DNA of 64,000 nucleotides, from the NCBI RefSeq assembly GCF_001194135.2, contig NC_068984.1, forward strand, positions 31,227,575 through 31,291,574. Direction: 5' to 3'. The DNA is from Octopus bimaculoides. Its lineage: Eukaryota. Every line of letters begins with the position of its first letter. Within the stretch, counting starts at the first letter, position 1. A program made the position numbers and the translations under genes. The notes under the pieces are model-generated. The model did no database searches, had not been told where the DNA came from, and saw only the letters and a program-made list of their open reading frames with translations. Positions 1 to 11,659 of the stretch are shown piece by piece.

Positions 1-220
1 CTGTTCCACACTTAATTCTTCCTTTTCCTGTGTAGGACTGACTCTTCCTGCTTCGGCCATCGTGCAGGCCTCCCTACACGGGGAAACCGTTACTGGTTTT
101 TGGCCTTCAGTGGGGGTTTGTTGCTCGTGTTTATTTATATTTATGTCGAACAAGAAATCTCCACTGAATTCCACGCATTTGTCTGCATGTGGGTGTGCTT
201 AATGTTTCACTTAGCGGTGA

Positions 221-1113
221 GAAGAGTGTTTTGGAGGTATCGCTCCTCCCAGGGCTTGGATTTGTGGTCTGCCACCCGGTATAGAACCTGATTGGATAGA
301 GGATACTATCCGATGGAGGCTGGGCGGCAGTGGAGCCAAGCTCTTAAATGTGAAAATGCTATCTACAGCTGATTGGGTTGGGGCAAAAGCGGTTTTGACC
401 CTGTGGACCCAATCAGCCAGAGATCTGGTATTTCCGGATTTTTTGACGATAGACGGCCAGAAATATCCGATAATTCTTGAGGGACGTAAACCCAAGTGCC
501 ACCGGTGTCTGAATCCCGGTCATATCAAGAAAGACTGTCCCCAGGACCAGAGTAAGGTCCTGGAACAGTTAACAAATGTTGTTACCTCCGGTCCTCCAGT
601 GGAGGGAGAGACGGNNNNNNNNNNCCTGGAACAGTTAACAAATGTTGTTACCTCCGGTCCTCCAGTGGAGGGAGAGACGGAGGAAGTCGAGGAGGTGGAA
701 ACCTCCTCGAAAAAAGGAAGAAGGGGGGCAACAATGGTTGCCCACCGAAAATTGTGGGGGAGGAGGAGGACCTTCCAGCAAAGGCGGAAGTACGCCCTAC
801 TCCAATGGCCCCAAAGAAAAAGAAAAAAAAGAACGAGGCACGGCCGGTGCTCGATAGTGCACCGCCGGCGTGTCCCGACACTCCTTTGGTGGGAATTGTG
901 CCACCAACGGAGGAAAGCAGGTCGGCGGGAATTGTTCTGCCGACAGTAGAAGCTGTGGGCTCACCCTGTGAGGAAAAGGATCAGCTAATCCTATTCCGAA
1001 AGGGAGGTGCCCTGCAGAAATTTGTGAATAAAAGGAAGCGTCATAGACAGGGAGTCATCACCTGTACTAAGGATCCGGACTGGCCTCTGCAGGTGTCTGC
1101 GGAGGTCATGTAG
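221..1113 (+). mobile_element. Degenerate ORF1/gag-like CCHC zinc-knuckle coding region of a non-LTR-type element; no RT follows
   Basis: The frame of ORF 350-949 is open from 221 and reads RAWICGLPPGIEPDWIEDTI...YPIILEGRKPK-CHRCLNPGHIKKDC (CX2CX4HX4C at 497-538), followed by a low-complexity E/K/P-rich tail. The region is GC- and CpG-rich relative to its flanks. It is homologous to 38148-39280. Confidence 0.65.
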
Positions 1114-1504
1114 AGTAGGCACAGAAGTGCGTTGGTGAATTCCTTCCCCCTCGCCGAATTCAGTATTAAAGAGTGACCCGACCCAGACCCATCGTGTTGC
1201 TTGAGAGAAGCGAAGGCTATATCGGGCGAAAAAACCTAAGAGGACTAGTGCCTCATATTGTGTAATGAAAAATCGTAAGAGGCAAATGCCTTAAATTATG
1301 ACTTTTTATGTACGAGGTTCATAGCCTCAATGTGAAAATTTAATTTTATAAAGAACAGTGTTATAGAGAAGCAAAGTTCGGCGGGCGGCTTTTGCCTTCT
1401 CTCATTATACCATCATATTTATCATCCATTTCATCTCATTAATGTTTTTGTCCAGCCCGTAGCTACTCTCTATGTACTGCCTTTATGGCAAATTGAAATG
1501 AAAT

Positions 1505-1780
1505 AAAGTAGCTTGCTTATCAACCACATAGTTCCGGGTTCAGTCATCTACTATAGTCACGGGCTTGTGAGTGGATGTGGTAGATGGAAACTGAAAAAAA
1601 CCTGTTGTATGTGTGTGTGTGTTTGTGTGTCTGTGTTTGTCCCCCCCCCCCAACATCGCTTGACATGTGATGCTGGTGTTTTTATGGTCCTGTAACATAG
1701 CAGTTCGGCAAAAAGAGCCCAATAGAATAAGTACTAGGCTTACAAAGAACAAGTCCTCGGGTCAATTTGCTCAACTAAAA
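1505..1780 (+). mobile_element. tRNA-derived SINE (major family in this window), internally deleted copy
   Basis: B-box-like GGGTTCAGTC, then GTGAGTGGATGTGGTAGATGGAAACTGAA, (TG)n and the 3' body CTTGAC...GCAGTTCGGCAAAAGAG...AATAAGTACTAGGCTTACAAAG. These blocks are shared with the copies at 16657, 28134 and 62900. Confidence 0.85.
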
Positions 1781-4132
1781 ATAGCATCAAAATCTCCCTC
1801 ACGCCATACCTTACTGTCTTTGAACATAAAGGACTCACCAGCTATTTAAATTCTTGATAGAGTAGACATGAAAAACAATCTTTCAAATATAATTAATTCA
1901 GTCGAAATTTCAGGCCAATTCCTAGGTCTGATGTTTAAGGGCTGACCTGAGGTTGAACAACAATAATAACATCTTGACATTTTGGAATGATTTTTTATCA
2001 CATTAGAGATGCTATAGTGTTCTGTGAGGAAAATAGCTAAATATTTCTTGATTCATTTGTTAAACAGTTAGAAAAGATGCTAAACAATTTAAAAATTCAT
2101 TTCTGGTTTACTAGTTAAAATTACTGAGATCAGTTTTTTGTTCTATATAAAGAAATATTGATAGAAAATAAGCCTCAGTCTATTGAGGAAAGGTAGACTA
2201 TTGAGAAGAATCTTAGCCATTATGTCTTTATGTCTTGATGTCTTAAGTTTTAAGTGAATGTCTCCCGCTCATTTAGCACTTCAGAATTCAGACAAAAGAA
2301 TCATTCCTATGAGACATTGTAACTTGCCGAAGTATCTACAAAAGAATTTTAGGTAGCAATTTATCAGGAAATTTTCTTATAACTTAAATGATTAATGATA
2401 CATTGTGAGATAAAGTGTGAACTATCAAACCAGATTAAGAAACATATTTCCAAAATTGATGATAGTGAGTGAACTTGTGTATCATAATACTTAGTAGAAG
2501 CAGCAGAAAGAATGGTTTTATTCAATGAGATTATCAACATGTCATAACTCTAATGTCATGAGTTAGTATGTCACCAATGATTTGCTGGTTATTAAATGAA
2601 TTGAATATGTTCAAACCAAATTAATATCTATGCAAGTTATTTTGCTTGTTTTGCTGATATTATAGTATAATTTGTGTTCTCAATGGGTTTTATAATGTGG
2701 GTTCACTCTCAGTAATTGTACAGATAGGATTTTAGGGAATCAAATTTCAGTCTTTATTTTTATTTTTTGTTCATGGATACTGAAATAAATATTCCACATT
2801 AGTCTCTTTGTTTCCATCTGAATTACTAATTAACTTATTTCTATCTAACTTGGCTTCCATTTCATTGGCCACAACATGAGGTATGTTGAATGAATTCATG
2901 CTGGCATGCATCCAGTGAGGAGAGCCAACACCTTCTTGAAGTTTAATGGACAAAGGCATTCATTTCATATGAATAGCAAGTTGGAAAGTGAAAGAAAAAT
3001 TTGTGTTTTTATGAACAGACTAAAAACAAAGGCATATTCAAGGAAGAAACATTATTATTTATCTACCTTATACATATAACATCAATACTGTTGTATTTTC
3101 TTTTTCAAAGGGTTTATGTTTTTGGATAAGGTGTTTTTAATTGATACAATTAATCCCCAAATATTTTGTTTTTCATTGAGCCCTAGGGAATTAAAAGTTT
3201 AGTTGACTTTGGCAAGATTTGAACCAAGAACAGAATGTTAAGACATTTTAATCTGGTGTTTTACAATTGCTGTTAACTCATCACCTTTCATGTAATCAAC
3301 GGTAACAAGAATTCATAAAATAATTAGCAATAATCCAGCAGGAAAATAAAACAAATAGTATATTAGCAGGATTACAAACTTGCAGCATGGATTAAGATAA
3401 TGTAATTTTTATAATTAGAAGTAAAAGCTGTTAAGCTGCAGTAGAAAATGTAGATGATAAATATATACAAGTTGGTATTTGAAACCTAAATGCAACTAGA
3501 CCAGTTATTAGGCTGCTAGCTTACAGACCAAGCATTGATTGGGTGTATACCATCACTTGTTTGGTTTACTTAGATATGTTGAAGAATCAGATCATTTCTT
3601 TTCTTTCCTTCTCTTTTTTCTTTAAGTAGTGGAAGCATTGTATAGCAGACAGAATTAAAGCTGCTAAAAAAACTTGTCATCAATAGTTTGTAACAGCATC
3701 TAATTGCTGAAACTACAGTGCTTTACAAAAGAAACACGATGTGGCCAATATTACTATAAAATTATGCTTGACTGAATTCAGTCATCAGAATCATAAATAA
3801 ACATTTCGAATGCTGTTCTTGGAATCCTCTTTAAAAAAAATTTCAAGAGGCAATTCTATATATTTCTGCCACTAGTTTGTTGTGAGTTAGCATGAAATGT
3901 TCATTCATCAGTCATTACTTTTCCATCAAGATATGGCCATTTTATAAAGATATAGTTTGTAAATACGTCTACATATTAAGATTAAAGAGACAAAAAGAAA
4001 ATTAGTGTTCCAACTATTTACAATGTTCCCATAATCCTACATGGATTATGGGAAATAGAATATAAACTCAATATTCACTATTATTATGCATGAATTGTCA
4101 AAGACATTTCTAGAGATAGATTATGTGAAGTA

Positions 4133-4520
4133 GGTGCGGACATAGCTGTTCAGGGAAGATGCTTGCTTTGTAGCCGTGTTGTTTCAGATTCAGTCCCACT
4201 GTGTGGCAACTTCAGCAAGTGCCTTCTGATACAGCCTCTGGCAAGCCAATGCCTTGCGAGTGAATTTGGTAGATGAAAATTATGTGAAAGACTGTCGTAT
4301 GTCTGTTCCTTTTGGTTTGTGCTTGTACCCTTCCACTGGTTGAAACTGGTGATGGTTGATTTATGTCCCCATAATTTAGGAGGAAAAGAGAGACCAAGAG
4401 AATAAGTGCCTGGCTTAAAATGACTACTGGGTTAGGTCTGTTTGCCCAAGTCCTTGAAGATAATGCCCTAATATGGCTGCAGTTCATGGCTCCAATCCAC
4501 TCAGCTGGTAAAAGCAAATA
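4133..4520 (+). mobile_element. Diverged full-length tRNA-derived SINE
   Basis: Colinear but diverged match to 28134-28560 (TTCAGTCCCACTGTGTGGCAAC...GAATTTGGTAGATG...GAATAAGTGCCTGGCTTAAA). Confidence 0.75.
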
Positions 4521-4539
4521 ATCCAATGACAGACTGGTG

Positions 4540-4645
4540 TGCTGTCCAGAAGGGGAGCCTGGTGTTGCCATCCGGTTTCACCAGTCCTCAGTCAAATCGT
4601 CCAACCCATGCTAGCATGGAAAGCGGACGTTAAACGATGATGATG

Positions 4646-4648
<3 letters not shown>
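4540..4648 (+). mobile_element. Short 5'-truncated retroposon 3' tail (RTE-type/SINE tail) ending in (GAT)n
   Basis: GTCCAACCCATGCTAGCATGGAAAGCGGACGTTAAACGATGATGATGAT. It differs at one base from 45655-45707. Diverged versions lie at about 12600-12660, about 21320-21380 (minus) and about 37080-37115. Confidence 0.7.
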
Positions 4649-4693
<45 letters not shown>

Positions 4694-5619
4694 ATATCAT
4701 AGAATCTGGGAAATAGGCCGCATGAGCCTATGACCCTGGAAAAGACATTTAAGACATTTTTTTTAATATGGTAGGATGGGATTTGTAAAATATTTTGTCA
4801 CTATTAGTAGTAGTTTGTGTAACCATATTTGAGCCAATAAGGCTTGCCTCATTGGCTCAAATAGGCTTTTATTTCTACTCAGTGATTCATGGGGTTGTAA
4901 GTGGCATTTCTTAATGTTACAATAATAATGTTGCAATAAAAAGTTAAGTCTACTAATTGTGCAAAACAACAAGAGTTAATTGATGTTGTAATTACAATAG
5001 CTAATCCCAGCCTCTTGATCACTCAGAGATTGAGCCTCCATCTCTTTTTCAGACCGTAGTGGCTTAAGGCGAAAGTTGATATAACTGTGATACAATGACT
5101 TTGTTTTACACTTATAACACATTCTCAGATTAAATAACTCAACAAAAAAGTGTCACTTAGAAATCTATAGATTTAATCAGGAAGTTAAGAAATTAAATTA
5201 GATTAATTTTAGAAATATATAACTTAATAACATCAGTAAATTAATGGATGTCTACATTATCTTTTTAATGCCTTCCACTCATGTAGAAAGTATGTAATTC
5301 TAAGAAATTTAGTCATTATTATGCAGTTGTAAAATGTTATACATATCTTCTAAGGGAAAATAGGACATTTCTATTTATATTTATGGAATAATTTAGTGAG
5401 TGCTGGCAGCAGAAAATGCATCCAACTATCAAAAATAACCTGTCTCAAGAAATTCCACCTCACCCATGCAAGCATAGAAATGGATGCAAGTGATGATGAT
5501 GATGATGACGAAAACGACAACAATGAAGAAGAAGAAGAAGAAGAAGAAGAAGAGTGAGATGGAGGAGAGGAAGAAATGGGGAGTACGAAAGGATAGATAC
5601 AATGTGGTCAGTAATAATA

Positions 5620-6630
5620 TCAACAGCCATAAGAACAGGCATTCAAATTTAGAGGAATCCTGCCCCTCAAGTCCGTTATCAACTTGTACATGGATCAACT
5701 CGAGCACTCAGCTCTTAACACCTGCCAATCATGCGTCTTCTTCTCAAGGTATTTCAACAACACCCCGATGCTCACCTCCACCTGTGAAAAGGTGACAACC
5801 ATACATCAAAGCTTGAACAATGTCGTCAACCACATCAAATTCTAAATTGAATGCTTAGATGAGTCTAGAATCTCCTCTATGCTAGATTTCTATATCAAGA
5901 TCACAGAGGAATGTTACATCTATACAAATCTTTATAGAAAAGCAGCGAGTAGGAATCTATTGTGCATTATGAATCAGCCCTGCCCACCAGAGCCAAAGCT
6001 GCATACATGAAAAATGATATCACATGTATAAGAGAGAGATGCAACAAAGTAATGGAGAAAGCTACCAATGGCATGCAGTTCCTTAGAAACTTAGTACATA
6101 ACGGCTGTCTACCATCTGCAGCTGAACGACTGCATCCACAAAACATAAATGTGGGTAAACAACATAAGAAAACCCATAACACCAAGTCGTAAAAGTACTA
6201 TACTTTGATGACAGAACAACTACAGCTATTCGAATTGATCTGCAAGGAGGGACTCAACATACAGTTAGTACACACTGGTCCATTCTTGAAGAAAGTTTTG
6301 TGTGCACTGTGGGGTGCACATGATCGACTGCCCTATCAATGACATCAAAACATGCTCAAGGGCCTATGTAGTATACAAAATAGTCTAAATAGTCTGCAAT
6401 AAATGTGGGATATCCTACGTAGGGAGTACAACCAGGAAACTGCACATCCATATAAAGGAATGTATGCACATGGACACTTCAATAAAAAAACACCTTAGAA
6501 AGTGCTAAGCCCAGTATTTAAAAATTTCTATCAGGGCAACCCAATGCAACAGGGGCTATCTCAGAAGTGTTAGCTCTTCTTATAAAGAAACTGAGACCAG
6601 CCATTAACAACAGAAAGGAACTACATGAAG
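5620..6630 (+). mobile_element. Penelope-like element remnant: RT C-terminal half plus GIY-YIG endonuclease, pseudogenised
   Basis: Manual translation gives GILPLKSVINLYMDQLEH...RYFNNT (degenerate RYVDD)...HIKF*IE...LDFYIKI...YTNLYRK...LHYESALP, then VVYKIV*IVCNKCGISYVGSTTRKLHIHIKE (GIY-YIG, about 6363-6450) and EVLALLIKKLRPAINN. This motif order is diagnostic of PLE ORFs. Stops and frameshifts are present. Confidence 0.85.
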
Positions 6631-6671
6631 CAGACTGAACAATTCCTTTTTCCAACTACCGCTTTTTCCAA

Positions 6672-6711
6672 ATGTCCTAAAGAAGTGGTCTTCACTCTGA
6701 AATATAGAAAT
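6672..6711 (+). ncRNA. Degenerate minimal hammerhead ribozyme motif in the PLE 3' region
   Basis: ATGTC-CTAAAGA (CUGAAGA with G5>A)-AGTG gtctt CACT-ct-GAA-ATAT-A-GAAAT. Stem I pairs at 4 of 5 positions and helix III is the palindrome ATAT. The core is mutated, so it is probably inactive. Confidence 0.45.
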
Positions 6712-6934
6712 ATAAGGCAAAACTGCAACTTTGTTTTGCTTTCATTTCCTCTTGCAGTTTACATTGTACCATCTCGCATTGTTCTGGCCTCATACAACAA
6801 CGTTCTTTAAAGTTATACCACAGAATGCTTCACCAAAACTACCTCATACATACATACCTACCTACCTACCTACATACATACATACATACATACACACATA
6901 CACTCACACACAGAGATCTATAGATATACATATT

Positions 6935-6975
<41 letters not shown>

Positions 6976-8142
6976 TTCACATACACACATACACGCATAC
7001 ACATAGTTATGCATGTGTGTTATGTTAATGCACAAATGCATTGATACTTACACTTGAGTCTCAACATATATTCTAATTAGACGAATGTTATCCTGTGTTC
7101 ACAAATCAGATTATCAAATATCATAATTAAGATAATCATTACAGTGTTTTAAATTCCAATTAAGCAAACCATTTCACATGGCTGAAGTGATTATATGCTT
7201 TAATTAGTGAAAAAGTATAAAATGGTAAACAAAAATTATTTCTTTTAATTGACAGATACCTTATTATATACATTAGCAAGCAGTGAATGGAATGTCCATG
7301 ATAGTGGTGAAGACACTGATGAAGGTGATAGTGATTTCCATAGCAGTTTGAATCATTGATAGACCACAACCAACTTCCCTTTATATTGTGTGTCTAAGGT
7401 GAGTCAGTTCTGCACATTTTAACTCAGTATTATAAAACAATTAGGATTTACAGTGTTATCTCTTGTTAATAGATGTCATCTTTTACTTCCTGTGATTGCT
7501 TATATGTTGTAGACCAATAGTCTCTGAGACAGCAAGGGAGCCTCTCTAAGCAGCAAAGGAGACACTGAGATGTCATTAGACTTGCTAAAAACAACAGACC
7601 AGTCTTACTAAAATTATACTTCAATGTCATGAAAAAAAGAAGGCCTCATTGGTTAATTACTACTGAAAACCAGATGTGGTGGTCATGTGGAAAATATATT
7701 CATTTAAATCTGACCTGGAATTAAAGAATCTACTTCTTAATAAGTCTTTTGGAACTATGCGTTCTTGCCAATGACACAATGCTGAGGTCATGATGGAATA
7801 TGAACCTTCAACATTTGGCCATTTTGTTTGGTTGTGTTTAACAAACTTTGGTCCAGCCAGTCACATCACTTCAATGTATAAGTTTTGTTAAATATATTGG
7901 TGGAATCTCTAAATATCATAAGAAAATTTGTGTGACATGCTAATGACAGCAACACAATACAAGGTCAGAAAGCATTAGCTAAACTACTGGGGTTAATTTG
8001 ACTGTTGTTTTACTTTTGAACTCGCAAAATAATGAGGAGTTAAGCTGATCCTGGTAGGACATGAACAACATAAACGCAGTAAAGCATTTTGTCCAATGAT
8101 CTAATGATGACAACAAAAGTGATGATAATAATTGCTATAGAG

Positions 8143-8439
8143 CAGTGGTTCCCAAAGTGGGTGGTACCACCCCACTGGGGGCAATGGAAAGATCTGGGGG
8201 GGGGCATTGAAGGAAAATGGGGCGATAATGGAGTGACCAAAACGAGGCAATGAATATTAAAAAAAAAAAGCCCACAAAATAAAGGGTTAATTAAATTAAG
8301 TTTTATTTGTGAAATACTGTTGTTTTGAATTTGCTGCAGAAAATGGTCTATGTCTGTGATGGTGAGTGGTGGGGCACAGCACTAGGAATGTTACCTTAGA
8401 ACCAAGGGGCAGCAGCCTGGAAATGTTTGGGAACCATTA
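8143..8439. mobile_element. hAT (Charlie-like) MITE, 297 bp, with 8-bp target-site duplication
   Basis: TIRs CAGTGGTTCCCAAA and TTTGGGAACCATTA. Identical 8-bp direct repeats CTATAGAG at 8135-8142 and 8440-8447. Confidence 0.9.
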
Positions 8440-10276
8440 CTATAGAGGATGGATAAAGATGAATCAACCCCAAAAATCTATATGTGTTACTTATTTTATA
8501 GGTCCTGGAAGAATGAGGCCTATAATTAAGCATGGCATATTAAAACTTAGAACGTAAAGTGGAAGTATATCATAGCTGATAGATATTTATTGTACTGTAG
8601 TACTTTTTCTGACTATGCAACAACAATATTTTTTAAAATCATATAATAATCAATAATTAGACCTAGTATACATTGGATACTTATTTTATTAATTCTAAAA
8701 TTATGAGGAGTAAAGTTAAGTTCAGCAAGTTGGCTATGAACTGAAAAGGTAAATACTCCTAGTTGTTTAAGCTGAAACTCTAAGATTATCATGATCATAA
8801 TTATTTTGTGTCTCCTTACCAAGATGGTAAGTTTGGACAGGGAGTCATTCTTGGAGTCAGTTGTTAATTAGAGTTACTACTCTCTTAGATGAAGCAAAAT
8901 CAATGATCTACTCTTACAGTTTCTTTTTTGGTCCAGTTTCAATGATTGGATGGTCTTACTATCACCACCAGTTTCAGAATCTACTGGATGCATTTTAACA
9001 TGGCACAAATGCTGGAGAGTTTCTCATGTTCTTGACAAGAGTAAAGAGTTTACTTGATTTCATGATATTTCTGCTTATTTGCTAAACACTTTACAGAGTG
9101 TACTGGGAGAAATTTATTGTGGCACCAGGACTATGAGGATACGTTGCACCGATTAACGTTAAAAAGTTCACAATCCATTATGATGTCTGTGTTTGCTCAA
9201 GTCTTTGTGTTCAAGAAATGGAATAGTGAAGAGAGCAATAATAGAACAAGAATTGGTAGATAAAGAGAGAAAGAATATTATGATAGAAACACTGTGAGAG
9301 AGACTGATGGATAGAAAATAAACTTGAATATTAACAAGAAAACAAATAACAAAATAATATTTTCTTTTCATCCATTTATTTTAATTTTCATAAATTTTTA
9401 TGCTTCAAATATATTAATGATTTTGTTCCTGTTAAATTTCCAGATTAATCCTGGTCATCTCACCAAAACAACTCCATAATTGGATATTTCAATGCTGCTA
9501 ATGTTTAAAGACTTGAAAGAATAGCATGGAACACTTTACAACATTGCAAATGATATTTCCAGGTTCTAAAATTCATGGTAATTGAAATATCAGAAACAAT
9601 GTATTAAGCTTGATAGTTTTAATGTGTATATATGTGTATATATTTTTTTCTGTGTGCATGTATTTTTTAATAATCACTTTCTAATATTACACCATCGAAA
9701 ATGTGTTGAGAAAACACAAACACTTGGTTAGAGTTAGAAACTAAAATGCAAAAACAATTTGAAACCGAGGAAAATGACATATAGAAAAAAAAACATGAAA
9801 AAATATAGATTTATATAGCAAAGGTGGAATAAGTAAATATTTGACTTATTATTAATATGTTTTTCTACAAATTTGAGCTGAAATGATTTGCAATTAGATA
9901 ACTTCCTGAAACCTATTTCCTGACTCAGCCCACTTCAAGCAACATATTACAAAATGTACATCATTATTGGAAATTTCAAATAAAATCACAAGTAATTTAC
10001 TAAATAATTCTTTAATTAGTAATATAGATCACACACTCTCTCTCTCTCTGTCCCTCTTTCTTGTTCTCTTCTACTTATAAGCATATGTGTGTGTTCATGC
10101 ATGTGTGTTCGTGCATGTGTGTGTGTGTGTGTACAGGAAAAAGGATACTTGCAATATCCACTTGGAAGTACAAATATCAATTTGCTAATAAATATAAATT
10201 TCCACCAGTAATTATCTCTCTCTGTTTGTCTGTCTATATATATGTGAATAGATAAATATATGTATACATTTATGCA

Positions 10277-11145
10277 TACAAGGGGTTTCAAAAGGTATCC
10301 AACTTTATTTTATACCACAAAACTAATGTTGCACGGGGAAAATCTTTTGGGTAGAAGGTGACACCACCTTTCCTGCACATGCACAACTATTTTCCATCAT
10401 TTGGACACATCAGCTCATAGTTGTTAAACCTAAAGTACAGGCATAAAGTGCACATTCAGCAGATTTTTATTTTCCCCAAATGCATTAAACAGAGATATTA
10501 CATCAAATTTTTCCAAAAGCTTTGTGATGCTTAAGTTCAAACTAGCCAGAATATTCAGCAGGTCTTTGATGGTGATACCATGTGCAAATCTCAGATCAAG
10601 GAGGGGTACAACTGCTTCAAGCATGACTGTACCTGAGTAGAGAGTGAGACAAGCTCAGGTGGGTTATTCACAAGTGGAAATGAGGAGTCACTTAAAAATG
10701 TTCAGCGAATAGTCATGGAAAACTGTTGAGTAACAATCCAGGAAATTGCTTATGAAATGGGTGTAAGTACAGTATTATTCCATTTTGCTAGAGGATTCGT
10801 GCATGTAGAGAGTGTTGGTGAAATTCATCCCTAAGGTGATGGAGGAGCAGCTGAAGCAACTCCACATGGAAATCACTTAGGAGAGGCTGCACTGTGCTAA
10901 CCACAACCTAGACTTCATAAAGAACAGCATCACTGATGATGAGACACAAGTTTACAGTTTCTGCTTGATGTGTTCAGACATCTTGTGTGAAAATGAAAAT
11001 TCAAACTGATGCAGTCTGCTGGCACAAAAATGTTCGTACATACACTGGAAGGGTGACATCATCTCTCATCTAAAAGATTTTGCTCATGAGGCATTAGTTT
11101 CAACAGGAAAAAATATAGTCAGATACATTTTGAAAGCACTTTGTA
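10277..11145 (+). mobile_element. Internally deleted mariner transposon with TIRs and TA target sites
   Basis: Left end TA-CAAGGGGTTTCAAAAGGTATCCAACT; right end AGTCAGATACATTTTGAAAGCACTTTG-TA. The decayed transposase reads QRYYIKFFQKL...IQQVFDGDTMCKSQIKEGYNCFK...VTIQEIAYEMGVS...FIKNSITDDETQVYSF (TGDETWVY-like). Confidence 0.85.
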
Positions 11146-11479
11146 TATATATAAATATATATATATATAAATGTGAATGTATGTGTGTGAATAATGACAT
11201 TGCACATGTTGGCACTGTCTGAGTAAAATGATTATATGCTTACATTCCTTAAAACTCTTATGTCTGGTTTCCCTATTCTATGAAAAGCCAGGCAATAAAA
11301 AGTCTTTATTTGAAAAGCATGTAAAAGTTCATGACAGACAGAGTATCAATCTATATAATTTGTCTCAAATATTTCACCAACCAGCCCATGTTAGCTGGAA
11401 AAAGTGAATGTTTAGTAAAGAAACAAATAGACAATATTATATATAAATATGCTTGTGTGTGTGTGTGTGTAGCTATCTG

Positions 11480-11620
11480 TGCATGAGTGTGTTCTTAAGA
11501 AGACTACTCCCCAATAGCAATGTTTTAGTTCTAGTCCCATTGCATTGCATCTTCTACTATAGCCCTTGGCTGACCAAAGCCTTGGCAGTAAATTTTGGAG
11601 TTAGATACCTGAAAGAAGTA
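11480..11620 (+). mobile_element. Decayed SINE 5' fragment
   Basis: TCTTCTACTATAGCCCTTGGCTGACCAAAGCCTTG matches the major SINE family. Confidence 0.6.
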
Positions 11621-11659
11621 TAATATATATATATATATTTATATAAGTCCAATATATTT

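Noticed and set aside
27-100. Possible HDV-like ribozyme at the 5' end of the ORF1-like element
   Set aside because: A P1-like helix exists (GTGTAGG/CCTACAC), but I could not build P2, P3/L3 or a J4/2 with the catalytic C. Kept only as a stem-loop.
559-680. 56-bp direct repeat inside the zinc-knuckle ORF
   Set aside because: The identical copies (559-614, 625-680) sit exactly on either side of a 10-N gap, typical of unmerged contig overlap.
5429-5795. ORFs 5484-5795 (+), 5429-5707 (-) and 5460-5642 (-)
   Set aside because: These are made of (GAT)n/(GAA)n microsatellite plus off-frame or antisense PLE RT sequence.
10930-10945. Other CTGATGA hits (10933, about 13905, about 25658, 26924, about 50577)
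   Set aside because: None is followed by a stem II and GAAA. They lie in mariner, RTE or MITE sequence and are chance matches.
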